DNA from: a bacterium
GTDB lineage: Bacteria > JACRDZ01 > JAQUKH01
Length of the DNA: 55,922 nt
NCBI GenBank assembly: GCA_028719205.1
Contig: JAQUKH010000015.1
Span: 1 to 55,922 of the forward strand
Direction: 5' to 3'
Shown here: positions 37,456 to 46,869 of the stretch, one piece after another
How the letters are laid out: every line of letters starts with the position of its first letter
Position numbering within the stretch: position 1 is the first letter of the stretch
Notes under the pieces: generated by a model
The model's database searches: none
Seen by the model: the letters and a program-made list of their open reading frames with translations, nothing else
Told to the model about the DNA's origin: nothing
Made by a program: the position numbers and the translations under genes

Positions 37456-39183
37456 ATGATCGAGAAATCAACTAAACAACTTGGCCAGATGCTTGTTGAG
37501 GCCGGGATTATTACCGAGGTTCAATTAGGAAAAGCATTAGAGAACCAGCAGAAGGAAGGCGGGACTGTTGGTAATAATTTGATAAGATTGAAATTTGTGA
37601 CTGAAGAAACTATTTCCGCGTTTCTTGGAAAACAATATGGAATTGGATCTATTGACCTCAGCCATTATGATTTTAATAAAAACATACTGAAACTTATCTC
37701 CGCGGAAGCCGCGCAAAAATATCTTGTGATCCCTCTTGAAAAAAAAGGCAATGTTTTATCTGTCGCGATCGCAAATCCAAAAAATATGTTTGCCATTGAT
37801 GATCTGAAGTTTATGACAGGCTGTGAAATTTCCCCCCTAGTTTCTTCAGAAACCGCGATTAGAAAAGTGATAGAAAATTTTTATGCCTCTTCCGGAGCAA
37901 TGGAGGAGGTTTTAAAGGACATGGATAAAGAAAAAGGAGAGGGAGGGGAACTGGAAGTTGTTGAAGAGGAAGAAGAGGTTGATGTTAATAAGCTTAAGGA
38001 GGCAGTTGAAGAGGCGCCTGTTGTAAAACTCGTAAATTCCATACTTTCTGATGCCGTAGCAAAGGGCGCGAGCGATATTCATATTGAACCCTATGAACAG
38101 GTTTTTCGTGTCAGGTTCCGTATAGACGGTGTTCTTTATGAAGTTATGCAGCCGCCTTACAGGCTTAAAAATGCGATTACTTCGCGTTTAAAAATTATGG
38201 CTGAACTGGATATTGCTGAAAGACGTTTGCCGCAGGACGGCAGGATAAAGCTTAAATTAAAAAATAAATCGATAGATTTGCGTGTTTCAACTCTGCCTAC
38301 GTTGTTTGGAGAAAAGATCGTTATGCGAATTCTGGATAAGAGCTCGCTTATGTTAGATTTGACTCATCTTGGTTTTGAGGAAAAAGAGCTGAAAGATTTT
38401 GAAAAGGGTATTCACAGCCCGTATGGAATGGTGCTGGTAACCGGCCCTACAGGAAGCGGAAAGACCACTACGTTGTATTCAGCCCTTGATACGATCAATT
38501 CAATAACTACAAATATTATGACAGCGGAGGATCCGGTTGAATATAATCTTAAAGGGATCAATCAGGTGCATATGAAAGAAGATATCGGGCTTACATTTGC
38601 CGCCGCGTTACGGTCTTTTTTACGGCAGGACCCGAATATTGTAATGGTTGGTGAGATCCGGGATTTTGAAACGGCTGATATCGCTATCAAGGCAGCGTTG
38701 ACGGGGCATCTGGTTTTAAGCACATTACATACAAATGACGCGCCGAGTACTATTAACCGTTTGATCAACATGGGTATTGAGCCGTTCCTGGTTGCTTCTG
38801 CCACGGTTCTTATCCTTGCCCAGCGGCTTATCCGGAAAATATGTCCTGAATGTAAAGAAGAGGTGAAATTTCCTGAGAAGGCATTGCTTGATCTTGGTAT
38901 AACCGCGGAAGAAATTAAAAATACCGTGTTTTATAAAGGCCGGGGCAAAGATTGCCCGAATTGTAACGGCAGAGGATATAGGGGGCGGCTTGCTATTTAT
39001 GAGGTAATGCCGATATCAGAAGAGATCAAGGAATTGATCTTAAATAAAGCCAGCGCTATAGAGATCAGGGATCTGGCAAAAAAACAGGGAATGAATACAT
39101 TACGCGACAGCGCGTTAATTAAGTTCAAAAAAGGGATGACTTCGATCGAAGAGGTTGTCCGGGTTACATTTGGAGGACACTAG
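37456..39183 (+). CDS. pilB: Type IV pilus assembly ATPase PilB with MshEN-like N-terminus
   Basis: GASDIHIEP, GPTGSGKTTTLY, LRQDP, TLHTNDA, CPEC/CPNC zinc motif; GGAGG SD. Confidence 0.96.
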   Translation: MIEKSTKQLGQMLVEAGIITEVQLGKALENQQKEGGTVGNNLIRLKFVTEETISAFLGKQYGIGSIDLSHYDFNKNILKLISAEAAQKYLVIPLEKKGNVLSVAIANPKNMFAIDDLKFMTGCEISPLVSSETAIRKVIENFYASSGAMEEVLKDMDKEKGEGGELEVVEEEEEVDVNKLKEAVEEAPVVKLVNSILSDAVAKGASDIHIEPYEQVFRVRFRIDGVLYEVMQPPYRLKNAITSRLKIMAELDIAERRLPQDGRIKLKLKNKSIDLRVSTLPTLFGEKIVMRILDKSSLMLDLTHLGFEEKELKDFEKGIHSPYGMVLVTGPTGSGKTTTLYSALDTINSITTNIMTAEDPVEYNLKGINQVHMKEDIGLTFAAALRSFLRQDPNIVMVGEIRDFETADIAIKAALTGHLVLSTLHTNDAPSTINRLINMGIEPFLVASATVLILAQRLIRKICPECKEEVKFPEKALLDLGITAEEIKNTVFYKGRGKDCPNCNGRGYRGRLAIYEVMPISEEIKELILNKASAIEIRDLAKKQGMNTLRDSALIKFKKGMTSIEEVVRVTFGGH

Positions 39184-39185
39184 AT

Positions 39186-40250
39186 ATGGTTTCTTTATCA
39201 GATATGCTGAAAACCATGGTTAAAGAGCGCGCGTCTGATTTGCATCTTGTGGTCGGAGTGCCTCCGCAGATGAGAATTGACGGGTCCTTGATATCTTTTG
39301 GAGAAGAAAAACTTACTCCGGATACCTGCCGTGAATTGGTTTATAGTATTTTAGGTGAAGATCAGAAGAAAAAATTAGAAGAAAACAGGGAATTGGATAC
39401 TGCGTTTGGTATAAAAGATCTGTCCCGTTTCAGGGTAAATGTTTATTATGACAGGAACTGTATTGCCTGCGCGATAAGGACTATACCCTATCGCATACTT
39501 TCCTGTGATGAGCTGGGACTGCCGAATGTTATAAAGACATTGGCAAGAAAACCCAGGGGGCTCGTTTTGGTTACAGGCCCTACCGGAAGCGGCAAATCGA
39601 CAACATTAGCCTCTATCATAGATCTGATCAATACAGAACGTTCCTGCCATATTATTACAGTTGAAGATCCTATTGAATATGTTCATACGCATAAGAAGTC
39701 TATTGTTAATCAGAGAGAGGTTGGCCAGGATACTTTTACATTTGTCAGCGCTTTAAAATATGTTTTACGGCAGGATCCGGATATAATTCTTATTGGTGAA
39801 ATGAGAGATCTGGAAACGATCAGTGCCGCGTTAACTATCGCGGAAACAGGACATTTGGTGTTTGCCACACTTCACACTAATGATACGATACAAACTATTA
39901 ACAGGATCATAGATGTTTTTCCTCCTCATCAACAGCCTCAGGTCAGAATGCAGTTATCTTTTGTTATGGAGGGTGTTTTGTCCCAGCAATTGATACCAAA
40001 AGCAGGAGGAAAAGGAAGGGCGCTGGCGTTGGAAGTTTTGATCCCGAATGCGGCTATAAAAAACCTTATAAGGGAGGAAAAGGTTCATCAGATCTATTCG
40101 ACTCTTCAGACAGGCCAAAAAGCGGGGATGCAGACGATGAATCAGGGATTATTGAATCTTTATGCCACGGGAGTAATTAGTTATGATGAGGCTGTTAATC
40201 ATTCGTTCAATCAGGAAGAATTTTATCAGATGCTGGGAAAAGGACGATAA
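39186..40250 (+). CDS. pilT: Type IV pilus retraction ATPase PilT
   Basis: ASDLHL, GPTGSGKSTTLA, AETGHLVFATLHT, AIKNLIRE, GMQTM. Confidence 0.96.
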   Translation: MVSLSDMLKTMVKERASDLHLVVGVPPQMRIDGSLISFGEEKLTPDTCRELVYSILGEDQKKKLEENRELDTAFGIKDLSRFRVNVYYDRNCIACAIRTIPYRILSCDELGLPNVIKTLARKPRGLVLVTGPTGSGKSTTLASIIDLINTERSCHIITVEDPIEYVHTHKKSIVNQREVGQDTFTFVSALKYVLRQDPDIILIGEMRDLETISAALTIAETGHLVFATLHTNDTIQTINRIIDVFPPHQQPQVRMQLSFVMEGVLSQQLIPKAGGKGRALALEVLIPNAAIKNLIREEKVHQIYSTLQTGQKAGMQTMNQGLLNLYATGVISYDEAVNHSFNQEEFYQMLGKGR

Positions 40251-40302
40251 TAAGCATAGTGCATGGAGTAAAAAGTAAAAAAAAGATAAGAGGTAGGTAA
40301 AA

Positions 40303-41511
40303 ATGGCGAGTTTCACATATTCAGGAAGAAGCCGTGAAGGCCAGATTATGAACGGTGTAATGGATGCGGATAATCAGGGTTCTGTCGTAACCTTTTTAAG
40401 GGCAAAGGGTATTACACCTATTTCTGTTAAGCAAAAGGGAATAAATTTCAATATAAATATTGATTTCGGCGGCCCGTCCATAAAAGTAAGAGATGTCGCG
40501 ATATTTACCAGACAATTTTCTACAATGATAAACGCGGGGCTGCCTTTAGTCCAGTGTTTAAATATTTTATCCGCCCAGATGGATAATGTGAAATTTAAGA
40601 AAATTCTTGAGCAGATAACGCAAAAGGTCGAGGGAGGGGCTACGTTCGCGGAATCGCTTGCCAAGCACCCGAAGATTTTTGACAACCTTTTTGTGAATAT
40701 GATAAACGCGGGAGAGATCGGAGGGGTTCTGGATGTAGTTATGAACCGTCTTGCCCTTTATATGGAGCATACCGAGAAATTACAGAAGAAAGTTAAAAGC
40801 GCGCTGGTTTATCCCGTAACAGTTTCTGTTATCGCTTTGGCTATTGTAAGCGGGCTTATGCTTTTTATTGTTCCCACATTTGCCAATATGTTTTCTTCTT
40901 TTGGCGGAAAACTTCCCGCTTTGACACAGTCGATGTTAGATGCCAGTAATTTTATGAAAAAATATTTTGTGCTGGTTTTTGGTTTTTTCGGAGTTCTGGG
41001 TGTACTTATTTCGAGATTTAAAAAGACGGATAAAGGCAGAAGGTTAATAGATAAATTTGTTTTAAAAATGCCGGTTTTCGGGATCCTTCTCCGCAAAGTA
41101 GCAGTCGCGAAATTTACGAGGACCCTTGGAACGCTTGTCGCCAGCGGTGTGCCTATAGTTGAGTCATTATCTATAACGGCTAAAACTTCGGGCAATACAG
41201 TGGTGGAGACCGCGGTAAATAACGCGAGAGACAGTATACAAAGAGGGGCAAATATAGCAGCTCCCTTAAAGGAAAGCGGTGTTTTCCCGCCAATGGTTAC
41301 GCAAATGATCTCTGTCGGTGAGGAAACAGGCGCGTTAGATCAAATGTTAACAAAGATCGCGGATTTTTATGATGAGGAGGTTGATACAGCGGTAGATGGG
41401 TTGACTTCTTTAATTGAGCCGCTTTTAATGGTATTTTTAGGAACCGTTATAGGTGTTGTAGTTATAGCCTTATTTTTACCGATAATCAAGATGTCGTCAT
41501 TAGTTGGTTAA
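40303..41511 (+). CDS. pilC: Type IV pilus platform protein PilC (GspF family)
   Basis: FTRQFSTMINAGLPL, KVKSALVYP, FTRTLGTLVASGVPI, GEETGALD, LIEPLL. Confidence 0.96.
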   Translation: MASFTYSGRSREGQIMNGVMDADNQGSVVTFLRAKGITPISVKQKGINFNINIDFGGPSIKVRDVAIFTRQFSTMINAGLPLVQCLNILSAQMDNVKFKKILEQITQKVEGGATFAESLAKHPKIFDNLFVNMINAGEIGGVLDVVMNRLALYMEHTEKLQKKVKSALVYPVTVSVIALAIVSGLMLFIVPTFANMFSSFGGKLPALTQSMLDASNFMKKYFVLVFGFFGVLGVLISRFKKTDKGRRLIDKFVLKMPVFGILLRKVAVAKFTRTLGTLVASGVPIVESLSITAKTSGNTVVETAVNNARDSIQRGANIAAPLKESGVFPPMVTQMISVGEETGALDQMLTKIADFYDEEVDTAVDGLTSLIEPLLMVFLGTVIGVVVIALFLPIIKMSSLVG

Positions 41512-41524
41512 AATAATATTTTGC

Positions 41525-41553
41525 TTGACGTCTATGAAGTTATGGAATATAAA
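41525..41553 (+). promoter_or_regulatory. Probable sigma70 promoter of the major pilin
   Basis: TTGACG-17-TATAAA. Confidence 0.55.
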
Positions 41554-41626
41554 TAAAATAGATTCAACTAAAGTTAAATTTTTTTTTACCGAAACTAAGT
41601 CTAGTAATGAAAGGGGGTGAATCAAT

Positions 41627-42046
41627 ATGAAGAAAATGTTTAAGAATGAAAAGGGTTTTACGTTAATTGAACTTATGATCGTTATAGCAATTTTAGGTAT
41701 TTTAGCAGCAGTGGCAATCCCTAATTTCTTAAATGCGAGAGGTAAGGCTCAGGATGCGGCAGCTCTTTCCACGCTTGAAGCGGTAAAAACAGCGATGGAA
41801 ATGTACGCGGCTGATAACGGAGTATATCCTACGCTTACTGGTGGAGCTAATACCGGTCATGACTTATCTATTGCTTTAGGCGCAGATTTTCCAACAAATA
41901 TTAAGATGGATACTACAGTAGCCGGTGCGTTGAATGACGTTGTAAGTGCTACTGGCACATACACACTATGGGCAATAGGCAGGGACGCTGATCATTATTT
42001 TAGCTTGACAAATGCTGGTGTAAAGACAGGCCCAACTACGCATTAA
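41627..42046 (+). CDS. pilA: Major type IVa pilin
   Basis: NEKG/FTLIELMIVIAILGILAAVAIP class III signal; own promoter, strong SD and terminator. Confidence 0.9.
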   Translation: MKKMFKNEKGFTLIELMIVIAILGILAAVAIPNFLNARGKAQDAAALSTLEAVKTAMEMYAADNGVYPTLTGGANTGHDLSIALGADFPTNIKMDTTVAGALNDVVSATGTYTLWAIGRDADHYFSLTNAGVKTGPTTH

Positions 42047-42100
42047 GTGATGGTTTAGTTTAAGAGCTAAGGTTGTTATATGTGATGTAAAGTTAAAAGA

Positions 42101-42136
42101 TAGCGGCGGCCGGGAAAAGGCCGCCGTTGTTTTTTT
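42101..42136 (+). terminator. Intrinsic terminator after pilA
   Basis: agcggcggcc-gggaaaa-ggccgccgtt followed by a T run. Confidence 0.8.
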
Positions 42137-42158
42137 ATGGAGTAAGTAAAAAGGGGCC

Positions 42159-42932
42159 ATGCCTCTTGTGTGGTTAATTATGCCATTAATAGTATTTATC
42201 TTTGGATTATGTATTGGTAGTTTTTTAAATGTCTGTATCAGCCGTCTGATACATGATGAATCAATAGTTTTTCCCGCTTCGCACTGTCCAAAATGCAGAA
42301 AAAAAATAAAATGGTATGATAATATTCCGGTTGTAAGTTTTTTATTATTAAAAGGAAAATGCCGGAATTGTTTTGAGCGGATCTCATGGCAATATCCAAT
42401 TGTGGAAATATTAACGGCTGTCATTTTTTTGTGTATATTCACTAAATGGGGATTTTCAAGAGAGCTGATTGTTTACAACCTTTTTGTCTCAGGGCTTTTG
42501 GTTATTGCTTTTATTGACGCGAAAACAACTTTTATTCCGGATGTTATAACCATCCCGGGAATGATAGCCGGTTTAATTTTAAAGGTTATTTTTGCGTTTA
42601 TTGACAAGAGTTTTACAAATTTATTTGACGCGGGTTCAGGTATGATCTTAGGCCTTGCGGTTTTTGGGTTCATTGTAATAGTAAGCAGAGGAGGAATGGG
42701 AATAGGCGATATTAAATTGGCGGGATTAATTGGAGTTTTTTTAGGGTTAAAAAACACTTTTTCAACGATCTGGCTTTCGTTTATTTTAGGGGGAATAGTT
42801 GGAATATTCCTGCTTGTTTCAAAGCTCAAAGGAAGAAAAGACGCGATCCCGTTTGGGCCGTATTTGGTAATGGGGGCTTTGATCTCAATGTTCTGGGGAG
42901 AGAATATTTTAAACTGGTGGTTAGGGCATTAA
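42159..42932 (+). CDS. pilD: Prepilin peptidase / N-methyltransferase
   Basis: GSFLNVCI, SHCPKC, GKCRNC, GMGIGDIKL, IPFGPYL. Confidence 0.96.
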   Translation: MPLVWLIMPLIVFIFGLCIGSFLNVCISRLIHDESIVFPASHCPKCRKKIKWYDNIPVVSFLLLKGKCRNCFERISWQYPIVEILTAVIFLCIFTKWGFSRELIVYNLFVSGLLVIAFIDAKTTFIPDVITIPGMIAGLILKVIFAFIDKSFTNLFDAGSGMILGLAVFGFIVIVSRGGMGIGDIKLAGLIGVFLGLKNTFSTIWLSFILGGIVGIFLLVSKLKGRKDAIPFGPYLVMGALISMFWGENILNWWLGH

Positions 42933-43010
42933 TTAAAAAACTCTTCAGTTTGTTCATTTTCCTTCCGATAAATTAACAAGTATGATTTTTTATAATATTT
43001 AGGAGTAACA

Positions 43011-44186
43011 ATGTTTGGTAAAAAAGATATTAGTGTCGGCCTGGATATCGGTACTGACGCGGTAAAAATGGTTCAGCTTTTAAAGAAGAAGAATGAGGTT
43101 GAACTAATTAGTTTTGGTTCAGCTACGTTTCCGCCGGAGGCGATAGCGGACGGAGTCATTGTCGATCCTAATTCAATTGTCGAGGCTATCAGAAAGGTTA
43201 TTGCTGAAAGTAATACTAAAATAAAACAGGTAAAGGTGGGCCTTTCAGGCCGTTCGGTTATCGTAAAAAAAATAAAAATGCCTTTAATGTCAGAAGAGGA
43301 ATTAAGAGATTCGATCCATTGGGAAGCGGAACAGCATATACCTTTTTCAATTGACGAGGTTGTTTTGGATTTTCAGATCATTTCGGATGAAAAAAATGAA
43401 AAACTGAAACAAATGGGTGTGTTATTGGTCGCGGCCAAGAAGGACAAAATAAAAAGCTATATGGATATTTTATCTCAGTTAAGTTTAGAACCGGTTTTAG
43501 TTGACCTTGATTCATTCGCGATCGCTAATTCCTTTGAGGCAAGCTCAGAGATTAAAGATGATGAAGTTTTATGCCTGTTAAATTTAGGGGGAGAGCTGAC
43601 CAATCTGAATATAATGAAAAAAACAAGCCCATATTTTGTCCGTGAGATATCAGTAGGCGGCAACCATTTTACAAGGGCGATACAAAAAGAATTTAATGTG
43701 GATTTTAATAAGGCTGAAGAGATGAAGATAAATATTATGAAAAGCGGGTTACAGATATTTAGTAAAAAGGCAGCCTACATTGATGAAGGCATGCAATTTA
43801 TACGGGGCGCCGGGGAATTGGAAGGGAGCAGAACGGATTTCAAAGAAGCAGAAAAAAAAGAAGAAATTCCCGTAGGGAAAAGCGAAGAAGAAAGAATGAA
43901 GATGGTTATCGGCAGTGTTATGGAGCAATTGGTCAATGAAGTCAGGCGGTCATTTGATTATTTCCATGGTATGGGAGAAGAAAAGGAGATCAAAAAAATA
44001 ATTTTGAGCGGTGGAACATCCAGAATGATTGGACTGGTTGATTATTTTTCTGATATCTTTAAAATATCTGTTGAAGTCGCGAATCCGTTTGCCAATATAA
44101 AAATTGATGAAACTAAATTTGATATAGTTAAATTAAGAGAATTATCGCCTGTTATGGGAGTAAGTATTGGATTGGCGTTGAGGTAG
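43011..44186 (+). CDS. pilM: Type IV pilus assembly protein PilM
   Basis: VGLDIGTDAVK, WEAEQHIPF, VLLVAAKKD, ILSGGTS, SIGLALR. Confidence 0.95.
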   Translation: MFGKKDISVGLDIGTDAVKMVQLLKKKNEVELISFGSATFPPEAIADGVIVDPNSIVEAIRKVIAESNTKIKQVKVGLSGRSVIVKKIKMPLMSEEELRDSIHWEAEQHIPFSIDEVVLDFQIISDEKNEKLKQMGVLLVAAKKDKIKSYMDILSQLSLEPVLVDLDSFAIANSFEASSEIKDDEVLCLLNLGGELTNLNIMKKTSPYFVREISVGGNHFTRAIQKEFNVDFNKAEEMKINIMKSGLQIFSKKAAYIDEGMQFIRGAGELEGSRTDFKEAEKKEEIPVGKSEEERMKMVIGSVMEQLVNEVRRSFDYFHGMGEEKEIKKIILSGGTSRMIGLVDYFSDIFKISVEVANPFANIKIDETKFDIVKLRELSPVMGVSIGLALR

Positions 44187-44193
44187 AGGAAAA

Positions 44194-44739
44194 ATGATCA
44201 AAATTAATTTATTGCCACCTAAAAAGAACTTATTTGGGCCGCTTCAGCAGGAAATAACCTTATTAATTTTTGTTATGATCCTGGTTTCAGTTTTAGCCGG
44301 TTTAGTTTCAGCGTACGAGAGAAACAAGATAGGAGAAATAAAAAAATCAATTGTTGTATTGGAAAAAGAATTGGCAACGTTAAGCGAGGTCGCGAAAAAT
44401 GTTGAAAAATTAGAAAAAGATAAAGCATTATTGCTCCAGAGGATGAATGTTATTAAGAAGATCGTGGTTGACCGTAATATATGGCCCAGATTTTTTGATG
44501 ACCTGACACAAAAATTACCTAATGGAGTTTGGTTTACAAATTTAACTCAAAATGACTCGAGAACAATAACAATTAACGGATTTTCATTTACAAATCTTTT
44601 ATTGGCAAAGTTTATGCAGGTATTGGAAACTTCATCTTTTGTTCAAAAAGTGGACTTGGACTACGCTCAAAAAGTTGTTCAGAGCGAAGAAGATACTGTT
44701 AAATTTCAGATAATAATAATTTTAAAACAGGAAATGTAA
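44194..44739 (+). CDS. pilN: Type IV pilus assembly protein PilN
   Basis: MIKINLLP, TM helix, coiled coil, LPNGVWFT. Confidence 0.93.
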   Translation: MIKINLLPPKKNLFGPLQQEITLLIFVMILVSVLAGLVSAYERNKIGEIKKSIVVLEKELATLSEVAKNVEKLEKDKALLLQRMNVIKKIVVDRNIWPRFFDDLTQKLPNGVWFTNLTQNDSRTITINGFSFTNLLLAKFMQVLETSSFVQKVDLDYAQKVVQSEEDTVKFQIIIILKQEM

Positions 44740-44743
44740 ACCT

Positions 44744-45310
44744 ATGGCTAAGATCAGTAAAAGACAAAGATTTGGTTTATATATGTTAGCGGTTCTGGTT
44801 TTAATCGGAGGATATGTTTACTTATTATATTTGCCGAAAGAAAAGGAATATGACACTTTAATAGAAAATAGAAGCAATAAAGAGGTTCAGTTGAGAAAAG
44901 CGTCTATTCAGGCAAAAAATCAGGAACGGCTGAAAAAAGAAATAATAGATTTGGAAGACAAACTGACAAGCGTTAAAATGCAGCTGCCTAAAGAAAAGGA
45001 AATACCTGATCTGCTTAAAAGCATTGATGCCAAAGGCAGGGAAGCAAATGTCGACTTCCTGTTTTTTAAACCTCAACCTATTATAGCCAAAGAATTTTAT
45101 GGTGAGGTTCCGATTACCATTACTGTTGAAAGTGGATTCCATAATTTAGGGATTTTTCTGAATAAAATTGCCGGTTTGTCCAGGTTGATAAATGTATCAA
45201 ATATAAAAATAAGTAATATATCCGGGAAGGATGAAAAAATTACAATAAAGACAGAAATGATAGCTAAAAGCTATATTTATCTGGAAAATGTTCCTGTTAG
45301 CGTAAAATAG
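44744..45310 (+). CDS. pilO: Type IV pilus assembly protein PilO
   Basis: QLPKEKEIPDLL, FYGEVPI, FHNLGIFLNKIAGLSRLINV. Confidence 0.93.
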   Translation: MAKISKRQRFGLYMLAVLVLIGGYVYLLYLPKEKEYDTLIENRSNKEVQLRKASIQAKNQERLKKEIIDLEDKLTSVKMQLPKEKEIPDLLKSIDAKGREANVDFLFFKPQPIIAKEFYGEVPITITVESGFHNLGIFLNKIAGLSRLINVSNIKISNISGKDEKITIKTEMIAKSYIYLENVPVSVK

Positions 45311-45315
45311 CACAA

Positions 45316-45335
45316 GTCCGCCTCAGGCGGACAGG
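45316..45335 (-). repeat. CCTGTCCGCC-Nx-GGCGGAC palindromic element
   Basis: Plus strand gtccgcc-tca-ggcggac-agg between pilO and the next gene. Confidence 0.75.
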
Positions 45336-45345
45336 GAGTTAAAAA

Positions 45346-45771
45346 ATGAAAAACATATTATTAGCATTAATTTGCGGATTATTAATTGGATGTTCGGGCA
45401 GCAACTATGGAGCTAACGGGACTTTAAAGGGTAAGATCTATAAAGCTATTGATACACCCCCGGGGGACACTAATGTCGCCGAGGTTGTTCTTGAAGGTAA
45501 AACCGGTTATAGCGGCCAGCTCTTTGTGCCGGTAAATCCGGCTGATGGTACATTTGAAATAGATATTAATCTTGGGACAGAAAGTCTGGGACCTCCCGTT
45601 GTTTATGTTAATGCGGCAACTTTTGATCTTAAACTTAAAGTTAATGGTTTAGGGTGGTCGGATGATACTACATCCAGTGAAGCTAAAGCGTTTGTGACAG
45701 GTGTGAGAGTTGAAGCGAAAAAAACTACAGATATAGGTATAGCGGTATTAAGCGGTCCGTTTTGGAAATAA
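45346..45771 (+). CDS. Hypothetical lipoprotein within the pil operon
   Basis: MKNILLALICGLLIGC lipobox; GGGAG SD; beta-rich sequence. Confidence 0.8.
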   Translation: MKNILLALICGLLIGCSGSNYGANGTLKGKIYKAIDTPPGDTNVAEVVLEGKTGYSGQLFVPVNPADGTFEIDINLGTESLGPPVVYVNAATFDLKLKVNGLGWSDDTTSSEAKAFVTGVRVEAKKTTDIGIAVLSGPFWK

Positions 45772-45790
45772 AAAAAGTCAGTGTTTAATT

Positions 45791-46246
45791 ATGGGATTAT
45801 CTATGAAAAAGGAAAGAGGTTACACATTAGTAGAGCTTATATTTGTTATATTTATTATCGGTATATTAGCATCTATAGCTGTCCCGAATTTTTTGACTGC
45901 CAGGGATAAAGCCCGGATCGCGGCCGGTAAAGGTAATTTAAATATAATTATTAAGGGCATAAATATGTATTTTGCGGAATATGGGAATTATCCGGTTCAA
46001 GCATCTATGGATAATGCCACCACGATACCTGTTCTTCAAGAAGAATTAAATAATCCGGATAGTTACCTGCGGAATTTTTATGATAGCAAAATTCAACAAT
46101 ATAAGGTTCCACCTCTTACTGCCGGAGAAAGTTCACCTTATGAAATTCTGGTACGCACTAACGCGGAACCAAATAGAGAAGGTAAAGTTTGCTGGCTTTA
46201 CTATTCAGAGTCAAAAGATTTATTAGAGGTATGGGTAGCTCCATAA
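45791..46246 (+). CDS. Second type IV pilin-like protein (minor pilin)
   Basis: KERG/YTLVELIFVIFIIGILASIAVPNF; alternative start at 45803. Confidence 0.88.
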   Translation: MGLSMKKERGYTLVELIFVIFIIGILASIAVPNFLTARDKARIAAGKGNLNIIIKGINMYFAEYGNYPVQASMDNATTIPVLQEELNNPDSYLRNFYDSKIQQYKVPPLTAGESSPYEILVRTNAEPNREGKVCWLYYSESKDLLEVWVAP

Positions 46247-46256
46247 TTGAAATATT

Positions 46257-46841
46257 ATGAAAAAAAATGTATTTCTTATTTTCATTATCTTTGTTTTCGC
46301 CGCGTGCGCGAAGCCGGTAGTTAATACAAAAAAAGAATCCGAAGAAGTAAGGGCGATAGTAAGTAAAATTGCCGGAAGAAAGGTAAGTACTTTACAGGAG
46401 ACAAAGGTTGTTGATGCGGCAGTGCAGAAGGAGGTTAAGTCAAAGGAATCGGAATTTTCGATCCTGGAACCTTCGAAATTCATATATCCTTACGAAAACC
46501 GAAAAGATCCTTTTTATTCGCTTATGCTGGAAAGAGAAAAAATAAAGGCGGAATTAGAAGAAAAGAAAAAGAAAGAAGAAGAGGAAAGAAAAAAAGCCGA
46601 ATTAGGAATGAATATGGTACAGGGAGCATGGGAGAAAGTTGAAATTGCGGCGATTTTAGGCGATGGAAAAGGTTTTTTGGTGCTTTTTGGAGGAGATGAT
46701 ACCATTTATCAGAAAAATGATTATATAGATAAGGATAAAAAAATAAAGATTGAGGATATTAACAAAAATTCAGTAAATTTAAGTATGGTTGAAGGCGGCA
46801 GGGTGTTAAATAAGCAGATCGAAATGAAATTACAAAAATAA
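46257..46841 (+). CDS. pilP: PilP-like lipoprotein
   Basis: FAAC lipobox, YPYENRKDPF motif, directly before pilQ. Confidence 0.7.
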   Translation: MKKNVFLIFIIFVFAACAKPVVNTKKESEEVRAIVSKIAGRKVSTLQETKVVDAAVQKEVKSKESEFSILEPSKFIYPYENRKDPFYSLMLEREKIKAELEEKKKKEEEERKKAELGMNMVQGAWEKVEIAAILGDGKGFLVLFGGDDTIYQKNDYIDKDKKIKIEDINKNSVNLSMVEGGRVLNKQIEMKLQK

Positions 46842-46869
46842 CCCATAATTTGAGAAGGGGGGGAGATAA

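Noticed and set aside
41627-42046. Electrically conductive e-pilin
   Set aside because: Long pilin with Ala at mature position 27 and modest aromatic content; does not fit the Geobacter-type aromatic pattern
41966-42442. 158-aa antisense ORF across pilA/pilD, and the other short antisense or nested ORFs in the track
   Set aside because: Shadows of well-supported genes, with no SD or family motifs
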